A stretch of 64,000 nucleotides of DNA from Pseudolabrys sp. GTDB taxonomy: Bacteria > Pseudomonadota > Alphaproteobacteria > Rhizobiales > Xanthobacteraceae. The notes under the pieces are model-generated. The model searched no databases. It saw only the letters and a program-made list of their open reading frames with translations, and was not told the DNA's origin. The position numbers and the translations under genes were made by a program. Positions 58,937 through 64,000 of this stretch are shown here, one piece after another (positions within the stretch are counted from its first letter, which is position 1; each line of letters opens with the position of its first letter). The DNA lies in NCBI GenBank assembly GCA_035651255.1, contig DASRGB010000021.1:9229-73228 (forward strand), in the 5' to 3' direction.

Positions 58937-59740
58937 TTGTCGACATCTCAAGCGGTTGCCCAACATCTGCCGTACCTGCGGCGCTATGCGCGCGCGCTTG
59001 CAGGCAGCCAGCAGGCAGGCGATGCCTATGTTGCCGAGACGCTTGAAGCCGTCGTGCAGGATCCCAAGGTGCTCGAAACCGGCGCCTCGACGCGGATCGC
59101 ACTCTATCAGCTGTTCACCAAAGTCTGGAATTCGGTGCCGTTGAACGGCAAGCCGGCTGTGGCCGTCGATCTCAAGCAGCCGGTCGAGCGGCACCTCGCG
59201 CAGATCGCGCCGCTGCCGCGTCAGGCCTTCCTGCTGGTCGCGCTCGAGGGCCTGTCGGAAGACGATGCCGCCAAGGTGCTCGATGTCGACGTGCCGAAGC
59301 TGCGTGAGCTGGTCGAGGATTCCGGCCGCGAGCTCGCCGCCGAGATCGCCACCGACGTTCTGATCATCGAGGACGAGACCTTCATCGCGCTCGATCTCGA
59401 AAGCCTGGTCGAGAGCCTCGGCCATCGCGTGCTTGGCGTCGCGCGCACGCACAAGGAAGCGGTCGACCTCGCCAAGGTGAAGCGGCCGGGCGTCATCCTT
59501 GCCGACATTCAGCTCGCCGACGGCTCGTCGGGACTCGACGCGGTCAACGAGCTGCTCACCTCGTTCCAGGTGCCGGTGGTGTTCATCACCGCCTATCCGG
59601 AGCGCTTCCTGACCGGCGAACGGCCGGAGCCGGCCTTCCTGATTGCCAAGCCGTTCCAGCCGGCGACCGTGTCGGCCGTGCTCAGCCAGGCGCTGTTCTT
59701 CGAGCGCAACGCCAAGCGCCGCGAACGCCGCGCCAGCTAG
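58937..59740 (+). CDS. phyR: Anti-anti-sigma response regulator PhyR
   Basis: Sigma-like N-domain LPYLRRYARAL plus receiver domain IEDE, ADIQLADGSSG, FITAYPE, KPF; TTG start after GGAGG. Confidence 0.95.
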   Translation: MSTSQAVAQHLPYLRRYARALAGSQQAGDAYVAETLEAVVQDPKVLETGASTRIALYQLFTKVWNSVPLNGKPAVAVDLKQPVERHLAQIAPLPRQAFLLVALEGLSEDDAAKVLDVDVPKLRELVEDSGRELAAEIATDVLIIEDETFIALDLESLVESLGHRVLGVARTHKEAVDLAKVKRPGVILADIQLADGSSGLDAVNELLTSFQVPVVFITAYPERFLTGERPEPAFLIAKPFQPATVSAVLSQALFFERNAKRRERRAS

Positions 59741-59744
59741 GCCT

Positions 59745-60638
59745 TCATCTGTCGTTTTCGGAATAGCGGTCGTGCATGACCCGCCGCGGCAAGCGCGGCG
59801 GTGCATAGCGGTCGCGCTCCATGCGCAACGCCTCGAGTTCGCGCTCGAGCTCGCGCAGGCGCGCATCGTAACCGCGCCCCGCGCCCTCGCCCGGCGGGCC
59901 GTAACGGTCGTGCTGCCTGTCGGGCGGGCGCCGTTCGAGATCGCCGTACTGCATCGGCGGCGGGCGCTCGGCGCGGCGCGGCGGCATGTCGCGATCGGCA
60001 TAGCGGGAGGGCGGGAGATTGCGGTCCGCATAGCGCGGCGGCGGCAGGTCGCGCGCCGAGCGCTGCGGCGGCGGCATGTCGCGGTCGGCGTAGCGGGAGG
60101 GCGGGAGATTGCGGTCCGCATAGCGGGAGGGCGGCAGGTCGCGCGCCGAGCGCCGCTGCGGCGGCATGTCACGATCGCCATAGCGAGAGGGCGGGAGATT
60201 GCGGTCGGCGTAGCGCGGCGGCGGCGAATCGCGGTCGGCGTAGCGCGGCGGCGGCAGGTTATGGGCGGAGCGCCGCGGCGGCGGCAGATCGCGTTCCATC
60301 GGGCGCTGCCGCGGATCCTCGTGAGCGATCCGTCGCGGCGGCGGTCGATAGGCCTGTTTCGGCGGCGGCGCGCCGCGATGCACCTGCCGCGACGGCTGGT
60401 CGGGTGGCGGCAGGGCGGCACCGGGGGGCGGGAAGCCCGGCTGCGTCATGCCCGGCTGCCCAGGGCTCGGCGGCGGCTGGTCGAACGGATTGGCGGCGGG
60501 CTTTTCGCCGGTGGACGCGACCGGTCCGCAGACGATCGCGCCGTCCGCGCCGTGCACGCAAACGTTTTCGGCGGCTGCGACGCTCAGCGACCACGGCAAC
60601 AGAACCAGCGACGCAAGCACGCAACCGATGTGACGCAT
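59745..60638 (-). CDS. Secreted Pro/Arg-rich tandem-repeat protein with C-terminal coiled coil
   Basis: Signal peptide, small Cys-pair domain, 10-aa repeats, DARLRELERELEALRMERDR; CAGGAG RBS. Confidence 0.75.
   Translation of the reverse strand: MRHIGCVLASLVLLPWSLSVAAAENVCVHGADGAIVCGPVASTGEKPAANPFDQPPPSPGQPGMTQPGFPPPGAALPPPDQPSRQVHRGAPPPKQAYRPPPRRIAHEDPRQRPMERDLPPPRRSAHNLPPPRYADRDSPPPRYADRNLPPSRYGDRDMPPQRRSARDLPPSRYADRNLPPSRYADRDMPPPQRSARDLPPPRYADRNLPPSRYADRDMPPRRAERPPPMQYGDLERRPPDRQHDRYGPPGEGAGRGYDARLRELERELEALRMERDRYAPPRLPRRVMHDRYSENDR
59958..60287 (-). repeat. Coding tandem repeat, 11 x 30 bp with 90-bp super-period
   Basis: Units such as LPPPRYADRN / LPPSRYADRD / MPPPQRSARD. Confidence 0.9.
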
Positions 60639-60806
60639 GACCAACTCCTGTGAAGGCGGTCGACGCTGCGATTAACTATGTAAGGTTATGTTTTTCCGGA
60701 ATTTTTGTCCATGAGCCACGGCCGCGCAGCGTGACAATAAGCGAGCGCGAATGCCGACAATTTTAATTAAATGCAGCCTCTGCAAAGTGCGGCGCGCGGT
60801 GCCGAA

Positions 60807-61169
60807 CTAGCGTGTTCGCTGGCTTTTTCGCGCCAATGCATAGCCGAGCATTATCGCCTCGGCGAGCATCAAAAGCTCCATGGCGCGCGGATCATTGAGC
60901 GCCGGCATGGCCGCAGTCTGCGTCGTTCTGGCGCGCCTCGCCCAGGCGGCGGCAAGCGCGATCGCGGACAGCGCTCCGTAGATCGCGCCAATGATGAGGT
61001 GGGCGCCGACCTCGCCGTAGCGGCCGGCAAGCGTGACGCCGCCCGCGACGGTGAAATGATAAAGCGCGACCGCTGTCAGGACGGCGAACCCCAGCAGGGT
61101 CAGCAGCCGGCGCAGCAGCGGGCGGAGCAGATGCCCGGCTGCGTCGTCGATGATGCCGTCAAGGCGCAT
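60807..61169 (-). CDS. Small membrane protein, YqjE/holin-X-like, downstream of DUF883
   Basis: Two TM helices; position matches elaB-yqjE-type stress operons. Confidence 0.6.
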   Translation of the reverse strand: MRLDGIIDDAAGHLLRPLLRRLLTLLGFAVLTAVALYHFTVAGGVTLAGRYGEVGAHLIIGAIYGALSAIALAAAWARRARTTQTAAMPALNDPRAMELLMLAEAIMLGYALARKSQRTR

Positions 61170-61173
61170 GGCA

Positions 61174-61521
61174 CTAGCGCCGGTTGGCGAGGCCTGCAAG
61201 AAAACCGATGCCGGCGGCGACGGCGAGCATGACGAACGGGCGCTGCTCGACCTCGTCGGCGAGCCGCTTGAACGCGTCGCCGCTGAGCTGCGAGGCCTCG
61301 TCGGCGACCGCGGCGGCGACGTCGGAGGCGCGTTCGCGCACGCGGTTCGTGATGCGCTCGAGCGCCTCGCCGACGAAGTCGCGCACGTCGCCGGAGGCGC
61401 CCGATGTCTCGCGGCGGGCAGTCGTCGACAGCCGCCGCAGCCGTTTTTCGAGATCGCTCATGAGATCTTCGATGGCCGCGATGTCCTCGGCGGCTGCGGA
61501 TTTGGCTGCGCGCGTGGTCAT
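61174..61521 (-). CDS. DUF883 (ElaB/YqjD) tail-anchored protein
   Basis: Helical N-part, VEQRPFVMLAVAAGIGFLAG C-terminal anchor. Confidence 0.88.
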   Translation of the reverse strand: MTTRAAKSAAAEDIAAIEDLMSDLEKRLRRLSTTARRETSGASGDVRDFVGEALERITNRVRERASDVAAAVADEASQLSGDAFKRLADEVEQRPFVMLAVAAGIGFLAGLANRR

Positions 61522-61561
61522 GGTCTCCTCGCAAGCGGTTGGTTGTCCGTCGCCGGTGTCA

Positions 61562-61587
61562 AACGTGGCCGCACCGGGAAAAGTTCC
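61562..61587 (-). promoter_or_regulatory. EcfG-type promoter for DUF883 operon
   Basis: GGAAC-N17-CGTT on the minus strand. Confidence 0.8.
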
Positions 61588-61713
61588 GGCAAATTCGAGC
61601 GCGCTCCGGCTGGCATGCGTGAAACGGATCGTCGTCGGCCACGTTTGATCTGCTGCGTCAGCGGCGGATTTCATTGACATGGCGCATCGGAACCGTGTTC
61701 ATTCACGCATTCG

Positions 61714-62850
61714 GTGCGGAACTCGCCGGTGCTTCAAGAAGCGGGCGCGGGCGAGAACGATGCAATCGCCGAGGCGGGCGCGATGTCGGGCGATGAAAGA
61801 GCCGGCTCCGAAAAAGAGCGGCAGCGGCTTGAGGCGCAAATCGAGGCGCAGGCCCGGGAGCTGAAGCTGCTGCGGGCGCGCTTTGCGCGTTACGAAACGG
61901 CGCTGCGCGGCTCCGGCGTCACCGTGTTCACGCAGGACCGCGATCTGCGCTACACCTCGATCACCAATCCGATGCTCGGTCGTGCGGTGGGAGAGATCGT
62001 CGGCCGCAGCGACGAGGAGCTGCTGGGGCCGCTCGGCGGGAGCGAGATTATCGCATTCAAGCGCGAGGCCATGGCGCTCGGCCAGCCCAAGCGCGCGGAA
62101 TTCGCGCTGACCGAACCCTCCGGCGCGCGCTGGTACGACGTCCATATCGAGCCATTGCGCGACGATGCCGGCAGCGTCGTCGGCTTGACCGGCGCTTCCG
62201 TCGACGTCACCGCGCGCAAGGAGGGCGAGGCGCATTTGCGCCTGCTGTTGCGCGAATTGACCCATCGGTCCAAGAACCTTCTGGCGGTCATCCAGGCCAT
62301 GGCGCGCCAGACCGCACGGCACGCCGGTTCGATCGAGGGTTTTCTCACGCAATTTGCCGCCCGCCTTCAGGCCCTGGCGTCCTCGCACGATCTTCTGGTG
62401 CGGGAGAGCTGGTACGGCGCCTCGTTGCGCGAACTGGTGCGATCGCAGCTTGCGGCCTACATTGATCGCGAGCCGGGCCAGATCGCGATCGAGGGCCCCG
62501 AGGTCGCGCTCAAGCCGGAGGCCGCGCAGAATCTCGGGCTGGCGCTGCATGAGCTTGCCGTCAACGCCAGCACGTTCGGCGCCCTGTCGGTGCCGGAAGG
62601 GCGTGTTTCGGTGCGCTGGGCCCGCGGCGGCGTCAACAACACCAACAGTAATGCCAACACCATCGAGCTCATCTGGCTCGAGCAGTCCGGCCCAAAGGTG
62701 AAAACGCGGCGCAAGCGCGGATTTGGCAGCATGGTGATCGAACGCAATCTCGCGCGGTCACTCGATGCCGAGGTCACGCTGGACTTCGAGCCGGACGGCG
62801 TGCGGTGCCGGGTCGTCATCCCGGCGAACCAGATTCTCGACGCGCGCTAG
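61714..62850 (+). CDS. PAS-domain HWE sensor histidine kinase (start may be 61783)
   Basis: PAS (QDRDLRY, WYDVHIEPLRD), RELTHRSKNLL H-box, LALHELAVNA, WLEQSGP, RGFGS. Confidence 0.92.
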   Translation: MRNSPVLQEAGAGENDAIAEAGAMSGDERAGSEKERQRLEAQIEAQARELKLLRARFARYETALRGSGVTVFTQDRDLRYTSITNPMLGRAVGEIVGRSDEELLGPLGGSEIIAFKREAMALGQPKRAEFALTEPSGARWYDVHIEPLRDDAGSVVGLTGASVDVTARKEGEAHLRLLLRELTHRSKNLLAVIQAMARQTARHAGSIEGFLTQFAARLQALASSHDLLVRESWYGASLRELVRSQLAAYIDREPGQIAIEGPEVALKPEAAQNLGLALHELAVNASTFGALSVPEGRVSVRWARGGVNNTNSNANTIELIWLEQSGPKVKTRRKRGFGSMVIERNLARSLDAEVTLDFEPDGVRCRVVIPANQILDAR

Positions 62851-62856
62851 CAGCGC

Positions 62857-62881
62857 GGAACGTTTTTCTTTGCCCACGGTT
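62857..62881 (+). promoter_or_regulatory. EcfG-type promoter
   Basis: GGAAC-N16-GGTT, ending 13 nt upstream of ATG 62895. Confidence 0.7.
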
Positions 62882-62894
62882 AGGTCCAGCGATC

Positions 62895-63227
62895 ATGACA
62901 GCGCCAGTCGCGGCGATCGCGTGGCGCGGGACGGCGGCAATGCGTGCGCTGATGGGTTATATGCTGATCGGGATCGTGGCGGTGGCGGCCATGGGGCTGG
63001 TCACCGTTGCCGGGCTCGGTTTTGCCGTCGGCGCGCGGCCCATGCCCTCGGGCCGGATCATTCAGCACGTCGACCGCGCACACAAAGCCGACCGGCTCGA
63101 CACCGGCGCGACCGGGTTGCGGCCGGTACCGGAGCGTTCGATCGCCGTGCCGGCCGGCTGCGAGCCCATTTTCAGCCCGCTGGTCGCGGCCGGCCAGCTG
63201 GGCATTTCGGGCCGCTGCGTCTCGTAA
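62895..63227 (+). CDS. Hypothetical exported/membrane-anchored protein (start 62895 or 62940)
   Basis: Hydrophobic segment, HKADRL motif, C-terminal GCEP...GRC Cys pair. Confidence 0.65.
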   Translation: MTAPVAAIAWRGTAAMRALMGYMLIGIVAVAAMGLVTVAGLGFAVGARPMPSGRIIQHVDRAHKADRLDTGATGLRPVPERSIAVPAGCEPIFSPLVAAGQLGISGRCVS

Positions 63228-63270
63228 CATTCCGCTGTAATGGTCCGTTTGCCATGAGGCGGAACTTGGG

Positions 63271-63295
63271 GGAACTTTCTTCCCCTTGTCACGTT
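63271..63295 (+). promoter_or_regulatory. EcfG-type promoter for DUF992
   Basis: GGAAC-N16-CGTT. Confidence 0.8.
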
Positions 63296-63331
63296 TTATG
63301 GGCGGGTCTCACGACAACACAGGAGTTCGAT

Positions 63332-63811
63332 ATGCACAGGCGCATGATCGCTTTTGCCGCCATGGCGCTGGCTGCGGCGGTCGCCCAGCCGGCCCCGTCG
63401 GTGGCGCAGGAACGGACCAAAGTCGGTACCTTGAATTGCGACATTTCGGCCGGCATCGGCGTCATCATCGCTTCGAAGAAACGCGTAACCTGCATGTTCA
63501 CGCCCTCGGTGCGGGGGCCGCGTGAGGTCTATGTCGGCGAGATCAACAAGTTCGGGCTCGACGTCGGTGCGACCGCGGGCGGCGAGATGACCTGGGCCGT
63601 ATTTGCGCCCACCAGCCGCCGCTTCGGTGCGCTGGCCGGCACCTATGTCGGCGCCAGCGCCGAGGCAACGGTTGGCGCCGGGCTCGGCGCCAATGCCTTG
63701 GTCGGCGGTTCCAACCGCACCGTCACGTTGCAGCCGGTCTCGGTCCAAGGGCAGACCGGGCTCAACGTCGCCGGCGGCGTCGCCGAGTTGAACCTGCGTC
63801 CGGCGCGATAA
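63332..63811 (+). CDS. DUF992 family secreted protein
   Basis: Signal peptide; VGTLNC, GTYVGASAEATVGAGLGANALVGG, LQPVSV; CAGGAG RBS. Confidence 0.9.
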   Translation: MHRRMIAFAAMALAAAVAQPAPSVAQERTKVGTLNCDISAGIGVIIASKKRVTCMFTPSVRGPREVYVGEINKFGLDVGATAGGEMTWAVFAPTSRRFGALAGTYVGASAEATVGAGLGANALVGGSNRTVTLQPVSVQGQTGLNVAGGVAELNLRPAR

Positions 63812-63825
63812 CAAGCGGCGGTTTG

Positions 63826-63870
63826 AAAAACGATGCGGCCGCCCCAGAAGGGGCGGCCGCTCGTATTTTT
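63826..63870. terminator. Bidirectional terminator
   Basis: 11-bp stem GCGGCCGCCCC/GGGGCGGCCGC flanked by AAAAA and TATTTTT. Confidence 0.8.
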
Positions 63871-63917
63871 GCGTTGGCCGCGGCACACCGCGGCCAAAAA
63901 CTCTGGTCGACGGCGCG

Positions 63918-64000
63918 CTAACCGAAAGTGAAGGCGTCGTGGTAGGCGCCCTGCACTTGGCCGCCCGGCACCGGACCGCCGCCGGGCACGTGGACCATGT
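63918..64000 (-). CDS. C-terminal fragment of an unidentified protein, truncated by window edge
   Basis: ...MVHVPGGGPVPGGQVQGAYHDAFTFG* ending before the bidirectional terminator. Confidence 0.5.
   Translation of the reverse strand, partial: MVHVPGGGPVPGGQVQGAYHDAFTFG

Noticed and set aside
59958-60287. Regular 30-bp periodicity as a possible CRISPR or non-coding array
   Set aside because: No unique spacers and no cas genes; the units are in-frame coding repeats with third-position variation.
60807-61169. Holin-like membrane protein as a phage remnant
   Set aside because: Its position behind DUF883 under an EcfG promoter fits the chromosomal elaB/yqjE-type stress operon.
61689-61711. GGAAC upstream of the HWE kinase as an EcfG promoter
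   Set aside because: No CGTT/GGTT at 16-17 nt spacing.

Overview
GC-rich alphaproteobacterial chromosome segment, probably Hyphomicrobiales (Xanthobacteraceae/Bradyrhizobium-like, inferred from gene content and synteny). It is mostly core metabolism: mrp, a TRAP system with two binding proteins, moaA, gph, rpiA, gor, class II DAHP synthase, nadE, maiA, cysS, cimA, an ATM1-type ABC transporter, psd/pssA, mmsA, motAB, two kup genes, potF and the complete lipid A very-long-chain fatty acid cluster (acpXL-fabZXL-fabF2XL-fabF1XL-adhA2XL-lpxXL). The right end is a general-stress-response region (Ku plus LigD functions, EcfG-NepR-PhyR, a HWE kinase, DUF883, DUF992) with six recognisable EcfG promoters. 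I saw no rRNA, tRNA, CRISPR array, transposase, integrase or prophage. The most unusual signals are: (1) the cysS-cimA interval, where short palindromic elements sit between duplicated gene ends (an exact 18-bp copy of the cysS 3' end and a synonymously recoded copy of the cimA 5' end) and a nearly continuous chain of short ORFs runs through them; (2) LigD split into three separate genes (PE, ligase, polymerase) joined by ATGA overlaps; (3) a signal-peptide-less cell-wall hydrolase with two catalytic modules between gor and the DAHP synthase gene; (4) a secreted protein with 11 tandem 10-aa Pro/Arg/Tyr repeats; (5) a 41-aa GKGK lipoprotein paired with a permuted papain-like protein. All calls come from reading motifs by eye; no database search was run, and start codons are best estimates.
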